From contig OZ245855.1 in NCBI GenBank assembly GCA_965229095.1, forward strand, positions 2,765,931-2,829,930: a stretch of DNA of 64,000 nucleotides. The letters are read 5' to 3'. The stretch's first letter is position 1, and each line of letters opens with the position of its first letter. The DNA is from Edaphocola sp. (GTDB taxonomy: Bacteria > Bacteroidota > Bacteroidia > Chitinophagales > Chitinophagaceae). Position numbers and translations under genes: made by a program. Positions 37,621 to 46,814 of this stretch are shown here, piece after piece. The notes beneath the pieces are model-generated. The model ran no database searches, was not told the origin of the DNA, and saw only the letters and a program-made list of their open reading frames with translations.

Positions 37621-37693
37621 TGGTGTGGGCCGGGATCGAACCGGCGACACAAGGATTTTCAGTCCTTTGCTCTACCGACTGAGCTACCGCACC
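37621..37693 (-). tRNA. tRNA-Phe (anticodon GAA)
   Basis: The reverse complement folds as a cloverleaf: acceptor GGTGCGG, D-arm GCTC-AGTCGGTA-GAGC, anticodon arm AAGGA-CTGAAAA-TCCTT, variable GTGTC, T-arm GCCGG-TTCGATC-CCGGC, then CCACACC-A. CCA is not encoded. There is one C5-A68 mismatch in the acceptor stem. Confidence 0.9.
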
Positions 37694-37806
37694 ATCGTTG
37701 TTGAAAGGAGTGCAAAGGTAACGCTTTCATTTAAACCACCAAATTTTTTTTAGCTTTTTTTAAAAAGGACATTGTAAAATCTCCATTAATGTACCATCAA
37801 AAAAGC

Positions 37807-37814
37807 TATCTTTG
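37807..37814 (+). promoter_or_regulatory. Bacteroidota -7 promoter box TAnnTTTG upstream of dnaN
   Basis: TATCTTTG is a perfect match. The ORF-track GTG start at 37814 begins at its last base, and the ATG at 37862 lies 48 nt downstream. Confidence 0.5.
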
Positions 37815-37861
37815 TGCCGCAAAAAATAACTCAATTCCCTAATTTAATTATAAATCAGTCT

Positions 37862-39004
37862 ATGCACTTTATTGTTTCCTCAACTTCCTTGTTGAAAAAT
37901 CTGCAACTTGTGGGTGGTATCATCAGCGCCAATGTAGTGCTCCCCATTCTGGAAGACTTTTTATTTGAGCTGGATGGCAATGCTCTTACACTTACCGGCG
38001 GTGATATGGAAACAATGATCAAAGTGCAGATGGAGATACAAAGGGAACTCACCGACACCGATGGCGACGGAAAGAGCGGCCGTATCTGCATTCCTTCCAA
38101 AATACTCCTCGAATACCTCAAAAACCTGCCGGAACAACCGGTTCATTTCACCATCAACAAGGACGATAATTCGATAGAAATATCCAGCAATACGGGTAAA
38201 TACAAAATTGGCGGCGAAAAAGCGGATGAATATCCCAAAGAGCCGCAGCCCAATGATGCGACTTCCTTCACCCTGCCTTCCGTACGTCTTTCCGAAGCTA
38301 TCAATAAAACATTGTTTGCAACCAGTTCCGATACTTTACGCCCAGCTATGACAGGTGTGTTTTTCGAACTGGCGCAAGATGGTATTACATTCGTAGCTAC
38401 AGATGCGCACCGCCTGGTAAAGCTTACCCGCAACGACATCAACTGTCCTGAAGAAGGAGGTATTATTGTACCACGCAAGCCGCTGCAACAATTAAGGAAT
38501 ATCATCCCTTCGGATGAAAGCCCGCTGGAAGTTTCTTACAATACCAGCCACTTGTTTATTCAGAACAATAAGATACGCCTGAGCTGCCGCCTGATCGAAG
38601 GTAAGTTCCCGCCCTACAAAGCGGTAATCCCTGCCGATAATCCTTTCAGCCTTACGATCAACCGAGCAGACCTGATCAGTTCCTTGCGCCGCGTGAGTAT
38701 TTTTGCCAATAAAAGTACCAGCCAGGTCGTATTCGACATCGTTGGCAACACGGTAAATATAAGCGCCCAGGATATCGACTTCTCTTATGAAGGTAAAGAA
38801 CAACTGAACTGCCAGTACACCGGCGACGATATGAAGATCGCTTTCAATGCCAAATTGCTGATCGAAATGCTCAACAACATGGAAGGAGAAGAGATTAAAC
38901 TGGAACTGAGTATGCCGTCCCGCGCCGGTATCTTCCGCCCGGTAGAGAAATCGGAGAACGAAGACCTGCTAATGCTGCTGATGCCCCTGATGGTAGGCGT
39001 ATAA
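37862..39004 (+). CDS. dnaN: DNA polymerase III beta subunit (sliding clamp)
   Basis: MHFIVSSTSLLKNLQLVGGIISANVVLPILEDFLFEL is the canonical DnaN N-terminus. The three-domain length of 380 aa and the C-terminal LLMPLMV also fit. Confidence 0.95.
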   Translation: MHFIVSSTSLLKNLQLVGGIISANVVLPILEDFLFELDGNALTLTGGDMETMIKVQMEIQRELTDTDGDGKSGRICIPSKILLEYLKNLPEQPVHFTINKDDNSIEISSNTGKYKIGGEKADEYPKEPQPNDATSFTLPSVRLSEAINKTLFATSSDTLRPAMTGVFFELAQDGITFVATDAHRLVKLTRNDINCPEEGGIIVPRKPLQQLRNIIPSDESPLEVSYNTSHLFIQNNKIRLSCRLIEGKFPPYKAVIPADNPFSLTINRADLISSLRRVSIFANKSTSQVVFDIVGNTVNISAQDIDFSYEGKEQLNCQYTGDDMKIAFNAKLLIEMLNNMEGEEIKLELSMPSRAGIFRPVEKSENEDLLMLLMPLMVGV

Positions 39005-39068
39005 AAACTAATAGAGTAAAAATATACAGGAGTGATCCTGTCCCTGATATTGAATTTTAATAATCGAA

Positions 39069-40250
39069 ATGCTACAAAACGAATCCATTCCTTCTCAAAA
39101 GAAAAAGATCATAGTACTGGGAAGCGGCCCGAACCGTATCGGGCAAGGTATTGAATTTGATTACTGCTGTACCCACGGGCTGCTGGCCATTAAAGAGCTG
39201 GGCTACGAAGCGATCATGATCAACTGTAATCCGGAAACGGTCTCTACCGACTTCGACATTGCGGATAAGCTCTATTTTGAGCCCGTATACTGGGAACATA
39301 TCTGGGAGATCATCGAGCATGAGCAACCCGAAGGCGTGATTGTACAGTTGGGCGGGCAAACGGCCCTCAAGCTGGCCAAGCGCCTGCACGAGAAAGGCAT
39401 TAAGATCATCGGCACTTCTTTCGATAATATGGATATCGCCGAAGACCGTGGCCGTTTCAGCGACCTGCTCAAGGAACTGAATATCCCCTATCCTAAATAT
39501 GGCACTGCCTACTCTACGGACGATGCCATCGAAGTGGCCAACGAAGTAGGCTACCCGGTACTGGTACGCCCCTCCTATGTATTGGGCGGACAACGTATGC
39601 GTATCGTAATCAATGACGAAGAGCTGGAAAAAAGCGTACTGAGCCTCCTGAAACACCTGCCAGGCAACAAGATCCTGATCGACCACTTCCTGGACCGTTG
39701 CCAGGAAGCCGAAATAGACGCGATATGCGATGGTGAAGAAGTACACATTATGGGCATCATGGAACATATCGAACCCGCCGGTATCCATAGCGGCGATAGC
39801 CATTCCGTACTGCCGGTATTCAACCTGGGCAAGCTCGAAGTGGAAGAAATGGTAGATATTGCCAAAAAGATAGCGCTGAAGCTCAACATCAGGGGCCTTA
39901 TCAATATCCAGTATGCGATTAAAGACGGCAAGGTATATGTGATCGAGGCCAACCCCCGCGCCAGCCGCACCACGCCATTTATAGCCAAAGCTTATGGCGT
40001 GCCTTTCCTCAACATCGCCACCCAGGTTATGCTGGGAGAAAAGAAGCTGAAAGACTTTACCATAGAGAAGAAACTGGAAGGCTTTGCGGTAAAAGAACCT
40101 GTATTCAGCTTCAATAAATTCCCGAATGTAAATAAAGAACTGGGACCGGAAATGAAAAGCACCGGGGAAGCCATCCGCTTCATCAAAGACCTGCGTGATC
40201 CCTGGTTCCGCACTTTGTATAAAGAAAGAAGCATGCACTTAAGTAAATAA
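39069..40250 (+). CDS. Stand-alone half-size carbamoyl-phosphate synthase large-subunit homolog (C-terminal ATP-grasp half of CarB, no MGS/allosteric domain)
   Basis: KIIVLGSGPNRIGQGIEFDYCCTHG..., MINCNPETVSTDFD..DKLYFEP, GYPVLVRPSYVLGGQRM, IMEHIEPAGIHSGDS, VIEANPRASRTTPF and GPEMKSTGE align with E. coli CarB from about residue 553 to about 930. The 388-aa antisense ORF is a shadow. Confidence 0.85.
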   Translation: MLQNESIPSQKKKIIVLGSGPNRIGQGIEFDYCCTHGLLAIKELGYEAIMINCNPETVSTDFDIADKLYFEPVYWEHIWEIIEHEQPEGVIVQLGGQTALKLAKRLHEKGIKIIGTSFDNMDIAEDRGRFSDLLKELNIPYPKYGTAYSTDDAIEVANEVGYPVLVRPSYVLGGQRMRIVINDEELEKSVLSLLKHLPGNKILIDHFLDRCQEAEIDAICDGEEVHIMGIMEHIEPAGIHSGDSHSVLPVFNLGKLEVEEMVDIAKKIALKLNIRGLINIQYAIKDGKVYVIEANPRASRTTPFIAKAYGVPFLNIATQVMLGEKKLKDFTIEKKLEGFAVKEPVFSFNKFPNVNKELGPEMKSTGEAIRFIKDLRDPWFRTLYKERSMHLSK

Positions 40251-41318
40251 ATGCGCCCGAAAAGCACATATCTTTTTCGAAATACAGCCCGGCTATCTGC
40301 AATAGTGCCGGGCTTTTTCTTATTCCTTTTCTGCGCCGGATGCGCCCCAAAAAAAACGCACCAGGTACAAACCGCCTTCTATTATTGGAAAACCAACCTG
40401 AGAATCGCCCCTTACGAAAGCAAGGTATTACAGGAAACAGGTACCGAAGCGCTGTACCTACGCCTGTTCGACATAGACTGGAACGAAGCGGGGAATAAAC
40501 CGGTACCGGTAGGCATACTCCAATCAGAGCCGGTTATGGATACTACCTTACAGTATATCCCTGTTGTTTACATTACACAACCCTGCCTGCTACGGCTGGA
40601 AGAAAAAGATCTTCCCGGGCTGGCCGCCAATGTCAGCGGGCTCATGCGCCAGCTCTGCGACCGCTACCACGTTTCCCCGGCAGAAATACAGATCGATTGC
40701 GACTGGACTAAGAACTCATCGGCGCTTTATTTCCGTTTGCTGCAACACTTAAAAGAACAGGATTTTTTCAGAGACAAACTGCTTTCCTGCACCATCAGGC
40801 TGCACCAGGTAAAGTATACGAGCGCCAATGGCATTCCCCCGGTGGACAAAGGCTTGTTGATGGTTTATAACATGGGTAACCTTACGCGGTATGGCGGTCA
40901 TAATTCGATACTGGAACCCGGGGAAGCGATACAATATCTGAAAGGGCTGGGCACTTATCCCCTCCCCCTCGATGTGGCCCTTCCTTTGTACCATTGGGCC
41001 GCTTTGTTTGAGCAAAAGCGCTTCAAAGGCATCTTGTATAACCTGGGCAAGGAGCAGTTCGCGGCTACCGGCCTGGAACATAAGGAAGGCAATTTGTACC
41101 GGATTAAAACGGATAGCAAAACGGGCGGCTACAGTCTGAAAGCAGGCCAGGAAATCCGCTTTGAAGCACCCGGATTAAAAGACCTGGAACAGGTCGCTGC
41201 TTTCATCGGCTCCCGGATCAAGGACAGTACTTTCAGACTTGCTTTTTTCCACCTGGACAGCCTGAGCATGCAACCTTACCGGCCTGCAGACCTGAATCAC
41301 ATACGAAGCACTTTCTGA
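40251..41318 (+). CDS. Hypothetical lipoprotein
   Basis: Its ATG immediately follows the carB-like stop codon. Lipoprotein signal FFLFLFCAGCAPKK. No domain recognised. Confidence 0.75.
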   Translation: MRPKSTYLFRNTARLSAIVPGFFLFLFCAGCAPKKTHQVQTAFYYWKTNLRIAPYESKVLQETGTEALYLRLFDIDWNEAGNKPVPVGILQSEPVMDTTLQYIPVVYITQPCLLRLEEKDLPGLAANVSGLMRQLCDRYHVSPAEIQIDCDWTKNSSALYFRLLQHLKEQDFFRDKLLSCTIRLHQVKYTSANGIPPVDKGLLMVYNMGNLTRYGGHNSILEPGEAIQYLKGLGTYPLPLDVALPLYHWAALFEQKRFKGILYNLGKEQFAATGLEHKEGNLYRIKTDSKTGGYSLKAGQEIRFEAPGLKDLEQVAAFIGSRIKDSTFRLAFFHLDSLSMQPYRPADLNHIRSTF

Positions 41319-41338
41319 ACGGGCTAAAGCCATATTCC

Positions 41339-41791
41339 ATGAAAGCACTAAAGCAAAAAATATACGATCATTATCTTACTATTTTAACAGATAAGATAAA
41401 GGCACTGCAACAGAAACTGGACGACCTGCAGGATAGTCTGAAACAGGAAACCAAAAGTACTGCAGGGGATAAATACGAGACTGCCCGGGCCATGGTACAT
41501 ATCGAGCAGGAAAATACCGGGCGGCAATTGTCCGAACTCTTACAACAGCAAGCAACCTTAAAGAGCCTGGATCTGGCCCTTGTATCTGATACCGCGACCA
41601 GGGGCAGCCTGGTCGAAACGGATAAAGGCTACCTGTTCCTCAGTATAGCGCAAGGTAAGGCCGTAATTGAAGGCCAAACCGTGTATGCCTTGTCTCCCCA
41701 ATCTCCTTTAGGTCAAAAACTAATGCACTGTGGTACCGGAAGTACAGTGATACAAAACGGAATACATTATTTTATTAAAAATGTAAATTAA
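41339..41791 (+). CDS. GreA/GreB-family-like protein (coiled-coil plus C-terminal Gre domain)
   Basis: N-terminal coiled coil (KIKALQQKLDDLQDSLKQETKSTAGDKYETARA). The C-terminus VYALSPQSPLGQKLMHCGTGSTV resembles the GreA C-terminal SP.SPLG..L.G motif. Confidence 0.7.
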   Translation: MKALKQKIYDHYLTILTDKIKALQQKLDDLQDSLKQETKSTAGDKYETARAMVHIEQENTGRQLSELLQQQATLKSLDLALVSDTATRGSLVETDKGYLFLSIAQGKAVIEGQTVYALSPQSPLGQKLMHCGTGSTVIQNGIHYFIKNVN

Positions 41792-41930
41792 ATACCATCG
41801 AACAATAAACCCTTGTAATTTTAGATAGTCATAACCAGGAGTTCTTGCCTAAACCGGCAAAAGAAGATTCAAGGAAATAATCTTTACGCAACAACAGGGA
41901 TCATAATTCCCTTGTTCAAAAACACACCTT

Positions 41931-42392
41931 ATGAAAAAGTTCTTATTATGTTGCTGCCTTTCTCTTGGCATAGCTGCAGCCGCTGTGGCCCAAACCACAA
42001 GCCTGCAAAGCTTTACGTCAAAAATAACAGATCCGGCCAAAATGGATTGGGGTCCTTTGATTACCAATGATTATGTATTTCCTAAAGGACCTGTAATAGA
42101 CCTCTCCAATATCGACAGAGGCTCCGTTATCCAGATAAGGAGCTTCGACGTTACGACGACAGCTTCCCTGGCGCCCTCGCTTACCTGGGGTCCGGATGAA
42201 TATAACATCAGAATGAGCCCATCCAAAGGGAGCCGGGTGGTCGCTGCCAAAGTATATAACGGCGGCGTTGCTTTTATCCTGCTGGCCGGCGATATCCCGG
42301 GAAATTTCCTGGAAACAATACCTATGGGCAGCGCAAGCATTACGATCAAAGGCCGTGTAACCGAAAACATCGTTAAAGCAGACAACAACTAA
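41931..42392 (+). CDS. Small secreted protein of unknown function, paralog A
   Basis: Signal peptide MKKFLLCCCLSLGIAAAAVAQ. It shares K(M/I)(D/N)WG.LI..DYV, G.VIQ(I/V)R, SR(V/I)VA and GG(V/I)...LA.GD..G.F(L/V)ET with the next gene. Confidence 0.75.
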   Translation: MKKFLLCCCLSLGIAAAAVAQTTSLQSFTSKITDPAKMDWGPLITNDYVFPKGPVIDLSNIDRGSVIQIRSFDVTTTASLAPSLTWGPDEYNIRMSPSKGSRVVAAKVYNGGVAFILLAGDIPGNFLETIPMGSASITIKGRVTENIVKADNN

Positions 42393-42411
42393 AATCCCTA
42401 GAAAAAGCCTT

Positions 42412-42921
42412 ATGAAAAAATTACTGCTCCTGGTCGCAATTACAGCCATCCCGATACTTTCCCTGGCACAAACCGATAATGGTAAGACAAAGCTCAGGAA
42501 CCAAATGACCCCTGATACGATTGTAGATGGCGCCTTAAACAAAATAAACTGGGGCGCATTGATCAACCGCGATTATGTCTCCATTGCAGAAACCTTTTAC
42601 GATGTGCATTCCCTCGATCCGGGATGGGTTATCCAGGTTCGTTTTTACGGAAAGAACATGAGCCCGCTCATCACCCCGCAAAGGGACGGCGGAAAATCAT
42701 TCCCTTTTACCAAAACAAAGGACAGCAGGATCGTGGCTATGGAAGGACTTACCGATGGCGGTATCAGGGTAGTGCTGGCCACCGGCGACCGCATCGGCCC
42801 CTTTGTCGAAACCGTCAGCATCAAAAACGGTTTTTACAGCTATACTTTTTCGATCAAAGGATTGGTACAATCGGTTGATGATAAGAAAAAAGACCAGGCA
42901 AAAGCCAATAAGGAAAAATAA
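42412..42921 (+). CDS. Small secreted protein of unknown function, paralog B (Lys-rich tail)
   Basis: Signal peptide MKKLLLLVAITAIPILSLAQ. It is collinear with paralog A plus a C-terminal DDKKKDQAKANKEK tail. Confidence 0.75.
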   Translation: MKKLLLLVAITAIPILSLAQTDNGKTKLRNQMTPDTIVDGALNKINWGALINRDYVSIAETFYDVHSLDPGWVIQVRFYGKNMSPLITPQRDGGKSFPFTKTKDSRIVAMEGLTDGGIRVVLATGDRIGPFVETVSIKNGFYSYTFSIKGLVQSVDDKKKDQAKANKEK

Positions 42922-43011
42922 CAGCGATGGCATCATTTGCCAAAGAAGTTCTGGCCTTTACCTGAGTCCCTAAACGGGAAGCGGAATAAACCAGGAACAA
43001 TTCTTATAAGA

Positions 43012-43047
43012 AAGAGGCCCGGCATTAAGTATAATGCCGGGCCTCTT
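43012..43047. terminator. Bidirectional intrinsic terminator between convergent genes
   Basis: Perfect 16-bp stem, aagaggcccggcatta / taatgccgggcctctt, with a 4-nt loop. Confidence 0.7.
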
Positions 43048-43108
43048 AATTTATGAAAGCACTGTCTTGTTCCCGATAAAACTACCGGTCCTGCTTGTGC
43101 CGCTCTGT

Positions 43109-46100
43109 TTACCTGATGAGGGTAACATCTCCTTTAAAAATCAATTCTTTCTTGCGCACATTGCCACAAAGAATGCGGATATAATAAAAGTAAGTTCCGG
43201 CATCGGAAACCTGGCCGTTAAAAGTACCGTCCCATACTTTACTTACATTGGAGCTGGAGAATATCCGCTGCCCGTAACGATTGTAAATATACATTTCCTT
43301 CAAATCCATGTCGCCTTTGTACTCTACCCTGTACACGTCGTTCCGGCCATCGCCGTTGGGCGTAAAGGCATTGGGAATATAGGGCGTACAGCAGTTGTTG
43401 TACAGGATATCGACAGCTATCGAATCGGCGCAATGATGCGCATCGCTAACCGTAACATAATATCTCCCGTTTACCAATCCGGTAATGCGGGCAGTACCCA
43501 GCGAGGCGTCATGCTTCCAGGAATAATCGTAAGGCGCTGTGCCGCCACTGGCAATCACTTCTATCAAACCGCCATCATCAATACCGTTGCAATCGTTGCC
43601 TACGGTAAGCGTATCCAGCACCAGTTTATCGGGCTGGCCCAAAACCACCAAGGTATCTTTGATACATTCATGGGCATCTTTGATACGCAAGGTATATGCT
43701 CCGGCCTTCCTGTTGTCGAACAGGTTAGCAGTACCCCAGTTGCCGCTCGTCCCCAACTGGTAGTTGAAAGGAGGCAGGCCACCCGAGGCCTCTATAGTAA
43801 GCGCGCCGTCTGAAAGGCCAAAGCAGGAAGGTTCTTTAAGCGTAACACCATCGATAAGGATATGCGGAAAACCGGTCAGGGTAATGATCGTATCTTTCGT
43901 ACAACCGTTATTGTCTTTGATCTTAAAAATATAAGAGCCCTCTGCAAGCTGGCCGAATGTAGCGGAGCTGCCGTAGTTGTTATTGCCCAGGGCATAAGTG
44001 TAGGGCGCGGTACCACCGGTGACGGCAATAGTAACATGACCATCGGTAAAACCTTCACAGGTAGGGTTTGTAATGGCTATCCCGGCAATGCTTACCGGCG
44101 CAGCCGGCTGGGTCAGGGTAATACTGCTGTCTTTGGTACAGCCGTTATTGTCTTTAAGGTGGATAACGTGGGTACCTGCATTCAACCCGTTCAATGCATT
44201 ACCAGCCTGGAAAGGATTAAGGTCGACGGCATACTGATACACAGGGGTCCCGCCCTGGGCATTCACGATTACTGCGCCTCCGTTGGTACCAAAGCAGGGC
44301 ACATGTGTGAGCGCCAGGTTGAAAGCCAGTGGCGCCGGTTGCTGGATCACAAGCGTTGTGTCTTTCAGGCAAAGATTCTGGTCCCTGATATGAAAAACGT
44401 AAGTGCCGGCTGCCAGGTTGGTAAAAGTACCGCTGGTACCAAAGGCCCCTACTCCCATTGCAAAGGAATAAGGCGCTGTAGTGCCCGAAGGCGTCAAAGT
44501 AACAGCACCATTGGCATTGCCAAAACACAGGGCGGGAGTCACGCTGGCGGTAAGCTGCATCGTCAGCGAATCGACCAGTGTGATGGTGGTATCTTTGGTA
44601 CAATCATGTGCATCCTTTACATGCAGCACATAAACACCGGGTCCCAGGCCGGTAAAAGTATTGCCCGCGCCGTAACTTCCTGCATTAAGCGCATATTGAT
44701 AAGGCGCTGTTCCATTGACCGGCGTGATACTGACCTGCCCGTTGCTTACCGGGCTGCATACCGGCTTCTTGACCGAGAGTCCCAGTTGTATGGCCGGAGG
44801 ATTGGTTATGGTAATGCTGGTATCTTTTATACAGCCCTGCACATCTTTAACATGAACAATATGTGTCCCCGCACTAAGACCGGCATAGGTAGTGGCGCTG
44901 CTGTAAGGCAGTGAATTGATAGCGTATTGGAACGGCGTATTGGCGCCCGTGGCCGCCACCGTTATAGTACCGGTATTACCGTTAGGACACCAGGGCTGTG
45001 TCCAGGTAACCTGGGGCACGATATCGACATTCACTACAAAATTAATCGTAGTATCCCTGTAACAACCGCCGGCCCCGGTAATACGGAAGGTATAGCTTCC
45101 AGCGGCAAGGCTGTCCGTTATCGTTGCGGTGATACCGTTGACAGTGAGTGTGGGCACAGGAGCGGTACCCAGGTAAGCATTAAAAGTATAGGGAGGATCG
45201 GTGCCTACCGGCGTTATGGTAAATTTTGCTTTCCGGACACATGTTGCCGGCTCCAGCAATGTAAAGGTCATGGCCGGCCTGGGGAGAATCTGCACAGTAT
45301 AAGCTATCGTTTGCTTGCTGGCAAGCGGGCAGCCGTCATCGGTAAACGTGAGGTAGAAGGTATAGGAGCCCGGAGCTACGCCATTAAGATTCCAGTTAAA
45401 ATTAAAAACGGGAGAAGAGGTATTATTGCTTAACACATTGAAAAATGCACCCGGGATTGCTCCCTGTATATTTACTGTAATATTGTCCCCGTCCAGGTCG
45501 GTAATGGGTATGCTAAAAGAAAGGGTAGCGTTACCGGCACAAGCTTTAATAGTAGTGCTATTGACCAGGGTTCCGTTGGCCGGGTTGGTGATCGAGCCAT
45601 CCGGGGGGTTATTATTGCAGTTGTTTAAGACCACGAAAGTCATTTCCCGCATGCTGGAACCTACCAGCACGCCGTTACGGTACTCCAATACCTTGCTCAC
45701 TACAAGCGCATTTTGCACTACGTTGGGATAAAAACTAAGCTGGCCGTTGACCGAATTGAAGGAATAGGAACCCGGCAGGCAAAGTAAAGGAGCCGTGGCC
45801 GTGGTGGGTGCAATGTAAGTCACATTGGAGCTGGGTGTAGTCGATGCGTCCAACCCCGATACAAGCTGAAAGCTAAGGCTGTCGCCGTTGCCGTCAATAG
45901 CGCCCTGGTTGTATTCCTGCGGCTTATTGATACAAAAAAAAGGCGTGGGGATGGTGGTATAGGTAGGCGAAGAATTAGCGCCCCCCATGTTATTCAGGGT
46001 GGCTTCCAGCGACATCAGGGAGCCGCCGCCAGGAATGACAATGTTCGTGATCGCTGTGCTTCTCCCCGCCTGGCTGTTACTGAGATCCCCGGTGGAACGA

Positions 46101-46540
46101 AATTTCCAGTTGGCCGAGGGGCCGCTAAGGGTAACAAAAGCCGCGTAAATAAATTTCTTTACCCCCGGCAAAGGATTATTGATATTAACACATTTGGTAT
46201 TATTGGCCTCATCGGGACAAACCGGCGAAACATCCACACCGCTTCCCGGTTGCGGCGCCAGGGATACCGTTTGTACCAGCGTAGCGCCGTTATATATTTG
46301 TACTACAGGCTGCGCCGTGGTCAGGCTGGCAAATGTTCCCGTGGTATTGCCACAATCACCGTAAAGCACCATCGTGATTTTATAATCGTTACCGGTGAAA
46401 TGCATATAGAAAAGCTCCCCGCCAAACAAGTGATTGGCATAAGCGGCAGGAGTAGCTGCCAGCAACAGCATGGTGATTATCAGATTCAGGCACCAATTGT
46501 TCTTTAAGGCGCCGGGCAACCATTTATTTTTTGAGCACAT
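43109..46540 (-). CDS. T9SS type B sorting domain protein with tandem SprB repeats
   Basis: 1143 aa. N-terminal HLFGGELFYMHF...VLYGDCGN module. About 7 tandem units of about 75 aa fit the SprB-repeat pattern (C.G..NG.(I/V)T(V/I)...GGT.PY.Y....G.......F..L..G.Y...(I/V)KD..GC.KDT). The C-terminus CCTPYIPNAFTPNGDGRNDVYRV...WDGTFNGQVSDAGTYFYYI...FKGDVTLIR is a type B CTD. Confidence 0.9.
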   Translation of the reverse strand: MCSKNKWLPGALKNNWCLNLIITMLLLAATPAAYANHLFGGELFYMHFTGNDYKITMVLYGDCGNTTGTFASLTTAQPVVQIYNGATLVQTVSLAPQPGSGVDVSPVCPDEANNTKCVNINNPLPGVKKFIYAAFVTLSGPSANWKFRSTGDLSNSQAGRSTAITNIVIPGGGSLMSLEATLNNMGGANSSPTYTTIPTPFFCINKPQEYNQGAIDGNGDSLSFQLVSGLDASTTPSSNVTYIAPTTATAPLLCLPGSYSFNSVNGQLSFYPNVVQNALVVSKVLEYRNGVLVGSSMREMTFVVLNNCNNNPPDGSITNPANGTLVNSTTIKACAGNATLSFSIPITDLDGDNITVNIQGAIPGAFFNVLSNNTSSPVFNFNWNLNGVAPGSYTFYLTFTDDGCPLASKQTIAYTVQILPRPAMTFTLLEPATCVRKAKFTITPVGTDPPYTFNAYLGTAPVPTLTVNGITATITDSLAAGSYTFRITGAGGCYRDTTINFVVNVDIVPQVTWTQPWCPNGNTGTITVAATGANTPFQYAINSLPYSSATTYAGLSAGTHIVHVKDVQGCIKDTSITITNPPAIQLGLSVKKPVCSPVSNGQVSITPVNGTAPYQYALNAGSYGAGNTFTGLGPGVYVLHVKDAHDCTKDTTITLVDSLTMQLTASVTPALCFGNANGAVTLTPSGTTAPYSFAMGVGAFGTSGTFTNLAAGTYVFHIRDQNLCLKDTTLVIQQPAPLAFNLALTHVPCFGTNGGAVIVNAQGGTPVYQYAVDLNPFQAGNALNGLNAGTHVIHLKDNNGCTKDSSITLTQPAAPVSIAGIAITNPTCEGFTDGHVTIAVTGGTAPYTYALGNNNYGSSATFGQLAEGSYIFKIKDNNGCTKDTIITLTGFPHILIDGVTLKEPSCFGLSDGALTIEASGGLPPFNYQLGTSGNWGTANLFDNRKAGAYTLRIKDAHECIKDTLVVLGQPDKLVLDTLTVGNDCNGIDDGGLIEVIASGGTAPYDYSWKHDASLGTARITGLVNGRYYVTVSDAHHCADSIAVDILYNNCCTPYIPNAFTPNGDGRNDVYRVEYKGDMDLKEMYIYNRYGQRIFSSSNVSKVWDGTFNGQVSDAGTYFYYIRILCGNVRKKELIFKGDVTLIR

Positions 46541-46760
46541 ACTGTTCTGATTGTAAAATATATCCTAAAAATAAGATAATAATTAATTTATTTTTTGATG
46601 ATGTCTTTGTTAAGCATGAAAGAATGCCTGTTTTGCGGCAAAACGTAAGTTTTCCGCGGCAAACAGGACAACAAGATTCTTAAGAGACATATCAAATAAA
46701 CAGATGTACTATTCCAAAACAAATTCATTAACCTCGTACTACCCAGTTATGTAGGTATAT

Positions 46761-46795
46761 AAAAACTCCGGGCTTTTATGAAGCCCGGAGTTTTT
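46761..46795. terminator. Intrinsic terminator downstream of the Fe-ADH gene
   Basis: aaaaactccgggctt ttatg aagcccggagttttt is a 15-bp perfect stem with flanking A/T runs, 20 nt past the minus-strand stop at 46815. Confidence 0.75.
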
Positions 46796-46814
46796 CAAAA
46801 AATACAAATAGTAC

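Noticed and set aside
36299-37861. Replication origin near dnaN (AT-rich spacers, tRNA, dnaN)
   Set aside because: I found no TTATCCACA-type DnaA boxes, and dnaA is not adjacent. The AT-rich stretches are better explained as promoters and terminators.
39072-40238. 388-aa minus-strand ORF spanning the whole carB-like gene
   Set aside because: It is a perfect antisense shadow of a strongly conserved + strand gene. Its translation is low-complexity (F/V/A/Q-rich) with no motifs.
43034-44914. + strand ORFs of 259 and 350 aa (43034..43813, 43862..44914), and similar ones at 16430..17167 and 19106..19978
   Set aside because: They lie antisense within giant T9SS repeat proteins. Repetitive G/T/N-rich coding on one strand generates long open frames on the other.
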